Source: a candidate division FCPU426 bacterium (GTDB lineage: Bacteria > Oederibacteriota > Muellerivitia > Muellerivitales > Muellerivitaceae). From it: DNA of 64,000 nucleotides. The notes beneath the pieces were generated by a model. The model saw only the letters and a list, made by a program, of their open reading frames with translations, was not told the DNA's origin and ran no database searches. Made by a program: the position numbers and the translations under genes. The stretch is from contig CAVTWJ010000001.1 in assembly GCA_963738405.1 (NCBI GenBank), forward strand, positions 1 through 64,000, given 5' to 3'. Shown piece by piece: positions 48,540 to 58,854 of the stretch (its first letter is position 1; each line of letters starts with the position of its first letter).

Positions 48540-49076
48540 CTAAAACCATTTCCAGGGTTTTACCAACCGCTCAAAAAAGCCAATCTTTTTAGGGGTTTGG
48601 AAAGTCAGGGGTACACCAGTACTTTCGGCCGGGGTGGGTTCTGGAAGGGAGGTTCCTGAGGCGGGGCTATCAAGGCCCTTGGCGGGTTTGGCTTTATCCG
48701 AGGTTTTGCCCGCGAGGGATCTACCGTAGCCTTTGGACACGGCCTGATCCACGTCTTGAAAGGATTTTAAAATGGTATTGAATTCCAGGAGTTCGAAAAC
48801 TTCCGTTACCTCAGAGCCCATCCCCGTGAGAAACAGATTTCCCTTTTGACCCCTGATGCGCTTGAGTTCGCCGATAAAAATACCCCAGCCCGCGCTGCTG
48901 ATGTAGGAGACATCCTTCAGGTCGACGATAAGGTTGTACCGATTTTCACCTAAAACCGTTTGGAAAACTTTTTCAAATTCCGGCGCGGTCGTAGTGTCGA
49001 TGAAACCTTTGGCGGAGATCACCGTGATGTCTTTGTGCAGGTGGTGGCCAGAAGCGGAAACGGTAATATTTGGCAT
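48540..49076 (-). CDS. STAS-domain anti-sigma factor antagonist
   Basis: GFIDTTTAP, VDLKDVSYISSAGWG, VTEVFELL. Confidence 0.9.
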   Translation of the reverse strand: MPNITVSASGHHLHKDITVISAKGFIDTTTAPEFEKVFQTVLGENRYNLIVDLKDVSYISSAGWGIFIGELKRIRGQKGNLFLTGMGSEVTEVFELLEFNTILKSFQDVDQAVSKGYGRSLAGKTSDKAKPAKGLDSPASGTSLPEPTPAESTGVPLTFQTPKKIGFFERLVKPWKWF

Positions 49077-49339
49077 ATTTCCTCAAAAAATATTTGCGAG
49101 ATGGCCGTATTATGGACTTGTTTTAACGTTTCTTTCAAGCCCCGCAATAAATACATCAGGAAAGTTTCCTAAATTGAATTGAAAGGGCTACCCAAGGGCA
49201 AAAATTATTCCGGACTGATATTGTTAAGTTTAATTTTCGTTTTAAATTCAGAATAACCCTCCTGCTCTTTAGGTAAACGGTTTATTTTGACCGTGGCAAG
49301 GGCCTTTTCATCGGATAAAATTCCTACACTTTTTAATTC

Positions 49340-50296
49340 ATGGAAACAAACGATCAACCACTCATACTTTTAACCGGCGCCACGGGCTACGTGGGGGGCA
49401 GGCTGTTGCCCCTGCTCCTGGAAAAGGGTTATGCCCTTAGGTGCCTGGCTCGAAAGCCCGAATACTTACAATCGAAGTCCCCGGCGGGAGTGGAGGTTGT
49501 GGCGGGAGACCTACTCCAGAAAGAAACAATTCTCAAAGCCCTGCAGGGGGTCCATACGGCCTATTATTTGGTCCCTTCGATGGCTTCCTCCCCAAGATTT
49601 CATGAAACCGACCGTATCGCGGCCAAAAATTTCGCCGAGGCCGCCAGACGGACCCATGTCAAAAAGATCGTTTATCTTGGGGGCCTTTGCGAAACGTCCA
49701 AGGGTTCCCGGCTCATGGAAAGCCGGGAAGAGGTGGGGAAAATTCTTCGCTCTTGCGGTGTGCCGACGATTGAGTTCCAGGCTTCCATCATTATCGGAAA
49801 GGGCAGTTTTCCCTTCGAAATCATCCGATCACTGGTAGATCGACATCCGGTCATGTTAACCCCTCGATGGATCAGGACGGCCTGTCAGCCCATTGCCATC
49901 GATGATGCGCTGGCCTTCCTAACCTCCGCCCTGGATAAACCCTATCTGGAAAGCCAGGTGTTTCATATTGGCGGGGGCGAAAGGACTTCCGTGGGAGGCC
50001 TGATGAGGGAATATGCCCGGCAAAAGGGAAAATGGAGGGTCATGATCCCATTTCCCTTATTGGCCCCCCGTCTTTCCAGCCTTTGGCTGGGTCTGGTAAC
50101 GCCCCTTCGCGCGGAGGCGGGACGGCAACTGGCCGAGAGTCTGCGCAAGCCATCGGTGGTGAATGACTCGACCGCCTTGAAAATATTTCCGGTCAAACCC
50201 TTGGGCGTTTCGGAAATGGTTTCCCGTGCCATCCGCGATGAAGATGGGAAATCGGCCATGACCTTTGAGCTCGACGCCTCTATCCCTCAAAAGTAA
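49340..50296 (+). CDS. Atypical SDR / NAD(P)H-binding protein (YbjT-like)
   Basis: TGATGYVGGRL, AYYLV.SM, IVYLGGL, QPIAIDD, LSSLWLGLVTP. Confidence 0.88.
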   Translation: METNDQPLILLTGATGYVGGRLLPLLLEKGYALRCLARKPEYLQSKSPAGVEVVAGDLLQKETILKALQGVHTAYYLVPSMASSPRFHETDRIAAKNFAEAARRTHVKKIVYLGGLCETSKGSRLMESREEVGKILRSCGVPTIEFQASIIIGKGSFPFEIIRSLVDRHPVMLTPRWIRTACQPIAIDDALAFLTSALDKPYLESQVFHIGGGERTSVGGLMREYARQKGKWRVMIPFPLLAPRLSSLWLGLVTPLRAEAGRQLAESLRKPSVVNDSTALKIFPVKPLGVSEMVSRAIRDEDGKSAMTFELDASIPQK

Positions 50297-50351
50297 AACC
50301 GCCTACACGCCCGCTTTTTCGATCCTCCAAATTCATTTGCCTCCTTTTCAA

Positions 50352-50367
50352 TGTGACGAGGGTCATA
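50352..50367 (+). promoter_or_regulatory. CRP/FNR-family-like site upstream of nifJ
   Basis: TGTGA-cgaggg-TCATA (9 of 10 match to TGTGA-N6-TCACA). Confidence 0.4.
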
Positions 50368-50442
50368 ACGAAAGTCCTTTTTTACAACCAAAATATCACC
50401 ATTAAAGACCCCTTGCTGACCCCACCTTTTAAGGAGACTCAA

Positions 50443-53400
50443 ATGAGTGATTCACTGTTCGCGACCATGGACGGAAATGAAGCGGTAGCCCACGTAGCCT
50501 ACCGGCTGAATGAAGTCATTTCGATTTATCCGATCACGCCTTCATCCCCCATGGCCGAATATTGCGATGAGTGGGCCGCCGCGGGACGGCTGAACCTTTG
50601 GGGCGTGATCCCGACGATTGTGGAGCTTCAATCCGAGGGTGGAGCCGCGGGAACCGCGCACGGAGCCCTTCAAGCCGGCACCTTCACGACCACATTTACA
50701 GCCTCCCAGGGCCTGCTTCTCATGATTCCCAATATGTTCAAAATCGCGGGGGAATTGACCCCCGCGGTTTTTCACGTCTCGGCCCGGGCACTGGCCTACC
50801 ACGCCCTTTCTATTTTTGGCGACCATAGCGACGTGATGGCTTGCCGCACCACCGGTTTCGGAATGCTGGCCTCCAACTCCGGGCAGGAAGCCATGGATTT
50901 GGCCTTGATCTCCCAAGCCGTCACCTTGGAATCCAGGGTGCCATTTCTTCACTTCTTTGACGGGTTCCGTACTTCTCACGAAGTTTCCAAGGTTAAGTTG
51001 ATCGAGGACGAGGTTTTGCGCGAAATGGTCCCTCCCGAATTGACAGCGCAAGCCCGCGGCCGTGCCCTGACGCCCGACCACCCGGTTTTAAGAGGCACCG
51101 CCCAAAATCCGGACGTCTATTTCCAAGGCCGTGAAAAGGCCAATCCCTATTACCAGGCGGTCCCGGAAATCACCCAAAAGGCCATGGACAAATTCGCCAA
51201 ACTGACGGGCCGAGCTTACAAAATCTTTGACTACTACGGCGATCCCAACGCGGAAAGAATCATCATCATGATGGGATCGGGCGCGGAAGCGGCTGAGGAG
51301 ACGGTGGACTATCTTTCAGCCAAGGGTGAAAAGGTGGGCCTGTTGAAAATCCGTTTATATAGGCCTTTTGACGCCCAAGCCTTTGTTTCGGCCATACCTT
51401 CCACGGTCAAGAGTGTCGCGGTGTTGGACCGCACCAAGGAATCTGGAAGCCTGGGTGAACCCCTTTATTTAGACGTGGTGACTGCGTTATGCGAAACGGT
51501 GATGGCTGGGAAAGCCTCATTTAAATTCATGCCCCGTGTTATCGGGGGTCGGTACGGTCTTTCCTCCAAGGAGTTCACACCAGCCATGGTGATTGCCCTC
51601 TATAACCACTTAAAGGAAGCTGGCCTTAAAAACCATTTCACCCTGGGTATCAACGACGACGTGACCCATACCAGTCTCCCTTACGATGAGAACCTTTCCA
51701 TCGAGCCTGCCGAGGTCAAGAGGGGTCTCTTTTTCGGTCTGGGTTCGGACGGAACGGTAGGCGCCAATAAGAACACCATCAAGATCATTGGGGAAAACAC
51801 CGATTTCTGGACCCAGGGCTATTTCGTTTACGATTCGAAGAAGTCCGGCTCCATGACTACCTCCCATTTGCGTTTCGGACCCAAACCGATCCGTTCCACT
51901 TACCTCATCAACCGGGCCGATTTTGTGGCCTGCCACCAGCCCGCCTTCCTCAACCGCATGGATATGTTGAAGGACTTAATGGAAGGGGGGACTTTCCTTC
52001 TTAACAGCCAGCATCCCGTTGGGGAGGTATGGGACAACCTTCCCCAGAAGGTACAGGAGCATCTATTGACCAAGAAGGCAAAGCTTTACGTCGTTGATGC
52101 CTATGCGGTCGCCAAAAAGGCCGGGATGGGAAACCGGATCAACACCATCATGCAGGTTTGTTATTTCGCCCTATCGGGGGTTTTGCCCAGGGAAGAGGCC
52201 ATCGCGGCGATCAAAAAATCCATCGTCAAAACCTACAAGAGGAAGGGCGATAAGATCGTCCAAGCCAACCTGGAGGCCGTGGACACCACCCTGGCCAATC
52301 TTCACGAGGTATCTATTTCGGGTAAAAAGGCGGGGATTACGCCCTTTAGAAAGGCGGTGCCGGACAAGGCTCCCGATTTCGTGCGAAACGTGCTGGCTGC
52401 CATCATTCGGGGGGAAGGCGACAGCCTGCCCGTGTCGGCTTTTCCAGAGGATGGAACCTATCCCACGGCCACAGCTTTGTTTGAGAAGCGGGACATTGCC
52501 CAGGAAATTCCGGTTTGGAACGAGGATCTCTGTATTCAATGCGGTAAATGCGTCGTGGTCTGCCCCCACGCGGTCATCCGCCCTAAGGTTTATGAACCTT
52601 CGCTTCTTTCCTCGGCACCCCAAGGCTTCAAAACGGCCATCGCAAAGCACCGTGACTGGAAGGGCATGAATTACACCCTACAAGTGGCGCCCGAAGACTG
52701 CACGGGTTGCGGGCTTTGTGTGGAAGCCTGCCCGGTGAAAAGCAAAACCGAGTCTAACTTGAAAGCCATTAATATGAAGCCCCAGCCGGCCATTGTTGAA
52801 AGCGAGATGAAGAATTGGGAATTCTTCCTTGGCTTGCCAGAGGCGGACCGTACCAAGATCAACCTGGGGATGATCAGTCAGCAGCAATTGCAGCAACCGC
52901 TCTTTGAGTTCTCCGGGGCTTGCGCGGGTTGCGGCGAGACACCTTATGTCAAAATGGTCTCCCAGCTTTTTGGGGACCACATGCTGGTGGCCAATGCCAC
53001 CGGATGCTCTTCCATTTACGGCGGCAATCTACCCACGACTCCTTGGGCCAAGAACGCGCAAGGGCGGGGGCCCTCCTGGTCCAACTCCCTTTTCGAGGAT
53101 AACGCCGAATTCGGCTTAGGCTTTAGGGTTTCCCTAGACCATCAGATCAAGACCGCCGAGTCCCTTTTAAAGCGCCTGGAAAATGAGGTGGGGAAGGATT
53201 TAATGGATTCCATCCTAACCGCTTCGCAGAAAACCGACGCGGAGATCAACGCCCAGAGGGGGCGGGTGGTTCAATTGAAGGAAAAGCTGAAGGGCTCATC
53301 CAAGTATGAAGCAAAGGAACTATTGAATCTCGCGGACTGTTTGGTGAAAAAATCTGTCTGGATCATGGGCGGGGACGGATGGGCTTACGACATTGGTTAT

Positions 53401-54063
53401 GGCGGACTCGACCACGTGCTTTCTACCGGGCGCAACGTCAATATCCTGGTGTTGGATACCGAAGTTTATTCCAACACGGGGGGCCAGGCATCTAAATCAA
53501 CCCCGAAAGGCGCGGTGGCCAAGTTCGCCGCCGCGGGAAAGGCCCAAGGCAAGAAAGATTTAGGGCTTATGGCGATGACTTACGGCAATGTTTACGTGGC
53601 CCGAGTGGCATTGGGAGCCAATGACGGCCAGGTGTTGAAGGCCCTTCAAGAAGCGGAAGCTTACGATGGGCCCTCCATCGTCATCGCCTATTCCCATTGC
53701 ATCGCCCATGGTTACGATCTGATCAACGGCCTGAAACAGCAAAAATCCGCGGTGGATTCGGGGCAATGGGTGCTTTACCGCTATCATCCCGACCGCCTGA
53801 AAGCCGGGGAAAACCCCCTGACCGTTGATTCGGGCGCATTGAAGATGTCGGTTCAGGATTATGAAATGCAGGAAAACCGATTCAAGATGCTCACCATGAG
53901 CAAGCCCGAAGAGGCGAAGAAATATTTTGAGCAAGCCCAGACCGAAGCTGAGTACCGCTGGAATTACTACCAGTACCTTTCGAAGCTAGATCCCAAGACA
54001 TTCACGGCGGGGTTAGCGGCTGTAGCTCATGCCGCACCGCCTCCAGCCGTTCCAAAGGCTTAG
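50443..54063 (+). CDS. nifJ: Pyruvate:ferredoxin/flavodoxin oxidoreductase
   Basis: DGNEAVA, IYPITPSS, GRYGLSSKEF, CIQCGKC..CP, CTGCGLC..CP, FSGACAGCGE, GGDGWAYDIG; AAGGAG SD. Confidence 0.98.
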   Translation: MSDSLFATMDGNEAVAHVAYRLNEVISIYPITPSSPMAEYCDEWAAAGRLNLWGVIPTIVELQSEGGAAGTAHGALQAGTFTTTFTASQGLLLMIPNMFKIAGELTPAVFHVSARALAYHALSIFGDHSDVMACRTTGFGMLASNSGQEAMDLALISQAVTLESRVPFLHFFDGFRTSHEVSKVKLIEDEVLREMVPPELTAQARGRALTPDHPVLRGTAQNPDVYFQGREKANPYYQAVPEITQKAMDKFAKLTGRAYKIFDYYGDPNAERIIIMMGSGAEAAEETVDYLSAKGEKVGLLKIRLYRPFDAQAFVSAIPSTVKSVAVLDRTKESGSLGEPLYLDVVTALCETVMAGKASFKFMPRVIGGRYGLSSKEFTPAMVIALYNHLKEAGLKNHFTLGINDDVTHTSLPYDENLSIEPAEVKRGLFFGLGSDGTVGANKNTIKIIGENTDFWTQGYFVYDSKKSGSMTTSHLRFGPKPIRSTYLINRADFVACHQPAFLNRMDMLKDLMEGGTFLLNSQHPVGEVWDNLPQKVQEHLLTKKAKLYVVDAYAVAKKAGMGNRINTIMQVCYFALSGVLPREEAIAAIKKSIVKTYKRKGDKIVQANLEAVDTTLANLHEVSISGKKAGITPFRKAVPDKAPDFVRNVLAAIIRGEGDSLPVSAFPEDGTYPTATALFEKRDIAQEIPVWNEDLCIQCGKCVVVCPHAVIRPKVYEPSLLSSAPQGFKTAIAKHRDWKGMNYTLQVAPEDCTGCGLCVEACPVKSKTESNLKAINMKPQPAIVESEMKNWEFFLGLPEADRTKINLGMISQQQLQQPLFEFSGACAGCGETPYVKMVSQLFGDHMLVANATGCSSIYGGNLPTTPWAKNAQGRGPSWSNSLFEDNAEFGLGFRVSLDHQIKTAESLLKRLENEVGKDLMDSILTASQKTDAEINAQRGRVVQLKEKLKGSSKYEAKELLNLADCLVKKSVWIMGGDGWAYDIGYGGLDHVLSTGRNVNILVLDTEVYSNTGGQASKSTPKGAVAKFAAAGKAQGKKDLGLMAMTYGNVYVARVALGANDGQVLKALQEAEAYDGPSIVIAYSHCIAHGYDLINGLKQQKSAVDSGQWVLYRYHPDRLKAGENPLTVDSGALKMSVQDYEMQENRFKMLTMSKPEEAKKYFEQAQTEAEYRWNYYQYLSKLDPKTFTAGLAAVAHAAPPPAVPKA

Positions 54064-54159
54064 TTTTTCGGGCGGCCCCAACCGCGCACGAAAATACCAG
54101 GCGTCCGGGTGGGGCCGGGCGCCGTTCATCCCAGGGGAGAAGAACCATAAGGAGCCGAA

Positions 54160-55203
54160 ATGGTTGACCTCAGCACGAGCTACATGGGATTAAAACTTAA
54201 AAACCCCCTGGTGCCTTCCTCAAGCCCCGTATCAAAAGACCTGGATTCGTTGAAGCGCATTGAGGACGCCGGGGCGGGGGCGGTCGTGCTTTATTCCCTC
54301 TTTGAAGAACAGATCTTCGTTGAGCAGTACGGCCTGCAAAATGACTTAAATCGGGGCGTGGATAGTTTTCCGGAGGCTTTGAGCTATTTTCCCGAACCAG
54401 AGAACCTGGACCTCGCCAGCGAAAAGTATTACCAGCTCATCCAAAGGGGTAAGCGGGCGCTGGATATTCCCATTATCGCCAGCTTGAACGGAACATCTTT
54501 GGGGGGCTGGACCGACTGCTCCAAGAATATCGAGCAGGCGGGCGCGGACGGACTGGAACTAAACCTCTATAACATTCCTACGGATTTCAATACTCCGGGC
54601 GTGGTATTCGAGGAGCGTAATTACGAAATTTTCCGCTTGGTCAAGAACGCCGTCCATATTCCAGTAGCTGTAAAACTTTCAGCCTATTACACCAATACGG
54701 CTTATACAGCCCGTAAGTTTTCGGAAGCCGGGGCAAGCGCTTTGGTTCTCTTCAACCGTTTTTATCAGCCGGATTTCGACATTGAGAACAAGCTCGTCGC
54801 TCCCACTGCGGTTTTGTCCGGACCCCAAGATCTGCGGTTGTGCCTGACCTGGATCGCGATTCTAAAGGGAAGGTTGAAGTGCGGGTTGGCCGCCACGGGG
54901 GGCGTCCTGCACGCGGTTGATGTGCTGAAGGTGATGATGGCCGGGGCGGATGTGGCCCAGCTTTGTTCGACTCTCCTTCGAAATGGTATTCCTTATATCA
55001 CCAGCCTCAAGCGCAACATCGAAGTCTGGATGGAAGAAAATGAATACCAGTCGATCCAAGAGATGAAGGGAAGCATGAGCCAGGAACATTGCGACGATCC
55101 ATCAGCCTTCGAGCGGGCCCATTATCTGCGTACCCTCGCGGGGTACAAAGACAGCCTGGACGGTTACCAGGCCATGGATAAAAACGAGCCTTGGCCCGTT
55201 TAA
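54160..55203 (+). CDS. Dihydroorotate dehydrogenase-like flavoprotein (PFOR-associated)
   Basis: LKLKNPL, SLFEEQI, LELNLY, LFNRFYQPD, AFERAHY. Confidence 0.9.
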   Translation: MVDLSTSYMGLKLKNPLVPSSSPVSKDLDSLKRIEDAGAGAVVLYSLFEEQIFVEQYGLQNDLNRGVDSFPEALSYFPEPENLDLASEKYYQLIQRGKRALDIPIIASLNGTSLGGWTDCSKNIEQAGADGLELNLYNIPTDFNTPGVVFEERNYEIFRLVKNAVHIPVAVKLSAYYTNTAYTARKFSEAGASALVLFNRFYQPDFDIENKLVAPTAVLSGPQDLRLCLTWIAILKGRLKCGLAATGGVLHAVDVLKVMMAGADVAQLCSTLLRNGIPYITSLKRNIEVWMEENEYQSIQEMKGSMSQEHCDDPSAFERAHYLRTLAGYKDSLDGYQAMDKNEPWPV

Positions 55204-55411
55204 AAGGATCCGCAAGGGCCGATTGAGAATTCCGATGTGTAATCTTTACTCAACTCCGGAAAATATTTTCTTAAAACCCAATGAATTAGAAATTGAGCCG
55301 ATGCGCTCAATTTTATTTTTGGGGGTTTGGCGTTGTGGTTTCATAAGAAGATTTATAATGGAACCGGAAAAGGGATAGAGCCTCAATCGAATCCCTTCCT
55401 GGGGAGGCGCC

Positions 55412-55936
55412 ATGAAAATTATCTGCTCCTATTGCAGAAAAGAAATGGGTGAAAAAGCTCCTCTGGAGGATGCGGGTCGAACCCATGGGATTTGCCCCGA
55501 TTGCGACCAGCATTTTTCCCCCCAGTGGGATGGGTTTAATCTTTCCGACTACCTCGATACATTCGAGGAACCGGTGGTTATTTTCAGCCCCGATTCCCGT
55601 GTGATCGCCTTCAATGAAAGCTATTCCCGCGCCTACCTGGATGAGGCGAAAAAGCCTAAGGGCCTTTTGGGCGGGGAGTTTTTGGAATGTGCTAACGCCC
55701 GCTTGCCGGAAGGGTGCGGGCACACGGTGCATTGCCGGGATTGCGCCATTCGAAATACCATCGCGGCCACCCTGCGCACGGGAAAACCTCAAAAAGATAT
55801 ACCGGCCTTTTTAAATACGACCGTCCATGGAAAGACTGTGGTGAAGAAACTGAGGATTTCTGGCGAGATGCATGGTTTGATGGTTTGCCTTTTGATCGAG
55901 GAAGAGGCAAAACGATCAGCCCTTGTCGCGTCCTAA
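55412..55936 (+). CDS. Cys-rich PAS-like protein, paralog 1
   Basis: CSYC..HGICPDC; LGGEFLECANARLPEGCGHTVHCRDC; GGAGG SD. Confidence 0.8.
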   Translation: MKIICSYCRKEMGEKAPLEDAGRTHGICPDCDQHFSPQWDGFNLSDYLDTFEEPVVIFSPDSRVIAFNESYSRAYLDEAKKPKGLLGGEFLECANARLPEGCGHTVHCRDCAIRNTIAATLRTGKPQKDIPAFLNTTVHGKTVVKKLRISGEMHGLMVCLLIEEEAKRSALVAS

Positions 55937-55992
55937 GACCCTGGCTTTTTACTGATCGAACCTCCTAGGATGGGTCTAAACAAGGAGGCGTT

Positions 55993-56469
55993 ATGAATGT
56001 TTATGATTTTTCCGCTAAATCCATTGATGGAAAAGAGAAGCCCCTGTCCGATTACCGAGGCAAGGCATTGTTGATCGTCAATGTGGCGAGTCGATGCGGT
56101 TATACACCCCAATACGAGGGCCTTCAAAAGCTTTACGATCACTACCAAGGGCGGGGTTTGGAAATACTCGGGTTTCCATGCAACCAATTTGGGGCTCAAG
56201 AGCCGGGAACTGAATCGGAGATCAAGTCCTTTTGTGAAATGAATTTCGGCGTGAAATTCCCCCTATTTGCGAAGATCGACGTGAATGGGGAAAAGGCCCA
56301 TTCCCTGTACCAATACCTAACAAAGGACCTTCCTGGAATCTTGGGCACGGAAGCCATCAAGTGGAATTTCACGAAGTTTTTGGTGGATCGGGAAGGAAAC
56401 CCGGTGAAAAGGTATGGCTCGGCGGATAAGCCGGAGGCTTTGGAAAAGGATATCGAGAAGCTTTTGTAA
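55993..56469 (+). CDS. Glutathione peroxidase family protein
   Basis: NVASRCGYT, GFPCNQFG.QEPG, IKWNFTKFL. Confidence 0.96.
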   Translation: MNVYDFSAKSIDGKEKPLSDYRGKALLIVNVASRCGYTPQYEGLQKLYDHYQGRGLEILGFPCNQFGAQEPGTESEIKSFCEMNFGVKFPLFAKIDVNGEKAHSLYQYLTKDLPGILGTEAIKWNFTKFLVDREGNPVKRYGSADKPEALEKDIEKLL

Positions 56470-56541
56470 CCCCTCTGGGGCGATTTCCTTAATTAACGGT
56501 GCGTGGGTTGGATATCTTTAACCAGCCCAATGGAGCGGGCC

Positions 56542-57063
56542 ATGAAAATCATGTGTTCCTATTGCCGGGCCGAAATGGGGGAAAAAGAACCCCTGGGGGA
56601 TGCTTCACTGACCCATAGTATTTGTCCGGAATGTTTCGAGTACTTTTCCCGCCAATGGGTTGGGTTCCACCTCAACGATTTTCTGGATACCTTCGATGTG
56701 CCGATGGTCATTTTTAGCCCCAACACCCGGGTCATCGCCTATAACGAGAATTACGCCAAGCAATTTCTGAAGAATGAAGAAAAAACAATTGGGCTTTTGG
56801 GCGGGGAATTCATGGAATGCGCCCATGCGCGCCTACCGGAGGGTTGTGGCCGCGCTGTTTGCTGCAGGGATTGTACGATTCGAGCCACGATCATGAGTAC
56901 CCTTCGATCGGGCATCGCTCAAAAAAACGTGCCCGCCTATTTAAATACTTTTGAAAACGGGGAACCGGTTGTGAAAAATCTTAGAATCTCCACCGAGAAA
57001 CACGGCCCTGTCGTGAGCATGCATATTGAAGAAGTCGGCACTGAGGCTGTTAAAGGCGGGTAA
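56542..57063 (+). CDS. Cys-rich PAS-like protein, paralog 2
   Basis: CSYC..HSICPEC; LGGEFMECAHARLPEGCGRAVCCRDC; GGAG SD. Confidence 0.8.
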   Translation: MKIMCSYCRAEMGEKEPLGDASLTHSICPECFEYFSRQWVGFHLNDFLDTFDVPMVIFSPNTRVIAYNENYAKQFLKNEEKTIGLLGGEFMECAHARLPEGCGRAVCCRDCTIRATIMSTLRSGIAQKNVPAYLNTFENGEPVVKNLRISTEKHGPVVSMHIEEVGTEAVKGG

Positions 57064-57146
57064 AAAAACATCAATCAAAGGCTGGGTGGTTGTCTGAGTG
57101 ACTGTAATCGATGATGATGGTATAAATCTTTTTCAAGGAGAAATGA

Positions 57147-57386
57147 ATGGGACTCATTATGGCGGTCGTCGTTGGCATTTTCTCGGGATGGTTGGCTGGC
57201 AAAATTTGGAAAGGCAAAGGTTTTGGCCTTGTCGGCGATTTGATCATCGGTATTTTGGGCGGCCTCTTGGGAAATTTTCTATTCGGCTTGGTTGGAATCG
57301 TCGCCTTGGGGCTCTTGGGAAACATTATCGCCGCCGTAGTTGGCGCTTTAATCCTTTTGTGGATCTTGCGGCAGATTAAAAAATAA
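57147..57386 (+). CDS. GlsB/YeaQ/YmgE family membrane protein
   Basis: GWLAGKIWKGKGFGLVGDLIIGILGG...AVVGALILL. Confidence 0.92.
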   Translation: MGLIMAVVVGIFSGWLAGKIWKGKGFGLVGDLIIGILGGLLGNFLFGLVGIVALGLLGNIIAAVVGALILLWILRQIKK

Positions 57387-57411
57387 ACAGCGTTTTCGTT
57401 TTGTTTTACCC

Positions 57412-57442
57412 AAAGGGCGGGGATCAACCCCCGCCCTTTTTT
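57412..57442 (+). terminator. Intrinsic terminator
   Basis: AAAGGGCGGGG-loop-CCCCGCCCTTTTTT. Confidence 0.85.
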
Positions 57443-57683
57443 GTCATCCCCATAGAAATCCTGATCTTGAGGTGCGAGCCCTTTCGACCCCCTTTATATG
57501 GGGGCTTTTGGGAGCCGAAAAGCTTGTTACTTGCCATATTTGGCGGCTCGGGAGCATCATAGTTGCCCCAGGACAGTGGATCGGTAGGGTCGTTCTTTTA
57601 TGGATGAATTAAGCTGAGTTTTCAGCGCAACTGAGTATTTCATCTTTTTCCCGCCTGTCTGGGTTTTTCTGAGGAGTCCTTTC

Positions 57684-57956
57684 ATGAAAACCTTCAAATA
57701 TGCTGAAAGTATTTTCTGCGAGAGCTGTCGCGGTCACGTCAAAATGGTGGATTGCCGCGTCGCGGCTAAAAAATCCAAGACCAAACCTCAGGTCGAGATC
57801 GATTTCGCCTGTGTTGAATGCGGACAGCGGGGCACGGCCCAACGGGACGCGGAATTTCTCCATTTCAGCGAGAGGGAATTCTGCCTTTCCAAAGGGTTGA
57901 CCATCTTGAAACCCAAAGCCAAGGGTGTGGGCGTCGTTTTCACGGTTGCCCGTTAA
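57684..57956 (+). CDS. Small Zn-ribbon-like hypothetical protein
   Basis: CESC...CVEC; GAGGAG SD. Confidence 0.65.
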   Translation: MKTFKYAESIFCESCRGHVKMVDCRVAAKKSKTKPQVEIDFACVECGQRGTAQRDAEFLHFSEREFCLSKGLTILKPKAKGVGVVFTVAR

Positions 57957-58058
57957 CCCTTAAAGTTTCCGCTGCTTCCCTCCATTTTCATGAGCCTAGT
58001 CATAACTGCGTTGAACGGCGCTTTTTAAAATAAGAACATTAAAATTGTTTCCTCAAGG

Positions 58059-58811
58059 GTGTCCATGGACAGTTACGGGGACTCTTTCGCGTGTTTTTAT
58101 GATCATCATTTCGCAGGCTACTCGGAACATTCCGCGCCCTATCTTTTAAATTACGCCTTTAACCATCAGCGTGAAGGCCGGCTTCCTAAAATTTTAGATC
58201 TGGGCTGTGGAACCGGCCATTTGGCGCGCCGTTTCCTGGAGGCGGGGTACGAGGTCACGGGCGTGGACGTTTCGCCTGCCATGCTGGCCTTTGCGAAGGC
58301 GAAATGCCTGCCATTTCTTTACAGCGGTAAAGCCAGCTTCGTCAAAGCCGATTTGTTCAATTTAAACCCCATGGGACCCTTTGGTCTCGCCCTTTCCACC
58401 TATAACGTATTTAATCACTTGCTTGAAAACAAACTGGCTGTGGTATTTCGAAACGTGGGCCGGTGCATGCTTCCCTTAGGGGAGATTGTTTTCGATTACC
58501 AAACGAGGTTTGGATTGAGGGAATGGGTGGCTCAAGAGAACATCCCGATGAACGGGGGAGCCTTGGAGTCGGAAGGCTGTTTTGACGAATCCAGCGGCAG
58601 TGCGTGGATGAGGCTGAAAGGTTCGGTCGATGGGCTGGTTTTCGATGAAACCATCTTCAACCATTCGATCTCTCTGAAGAAACTACGCGAAATTATGAAA
58701 AAAGAAGGATGGCAATCGATTCGTATGGCCCGTATCGATAGGTTGGGAGAGGAATTAGAAAATCCCGAGGGACAAAAAAGGGTGGTGGTGTTGGCGGAAT
58801 GGAAAAGCTAG
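58059..58811 (+). CDS. Class I SAM-dependent methyltransferase
   Basis: ILDLGCGTG, GVDVSPAML. Confidence 0.9.
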   Translation: MSMDSYGDSFACFYDHHFAGYSEHSAPYLLNYAFNHQREGRLPKILDLGCGTGHLARRFLEAGYEVTGVDVSPAMLAFAKAKCLPFLYSGKASFVKADLFNLNPMGPFGLALSTYNVFNHLLENKLAVVFRNVGRCMLPLGEIVFDYQTRFGLREWVAQENIPMNGGALESEGCFDESSGSAWMRLKGSVDGLVFDETIFNHSISLKKLREIMKKEGWQSIRMARIDRLGEELENPEGQKRVVVLAEWKS

Positions 58812-58854
58812 CAGCCTGCTGGGATTTGGCGGTTGGATTTAAGAAAGGCAGGTT

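Noticed and set aside
57445..57680. Riboswitch or ncRNA upstream of the Zn-ribbon ORF
   Set aside because: Some short stems but no match to any aptamer consensus I recognise
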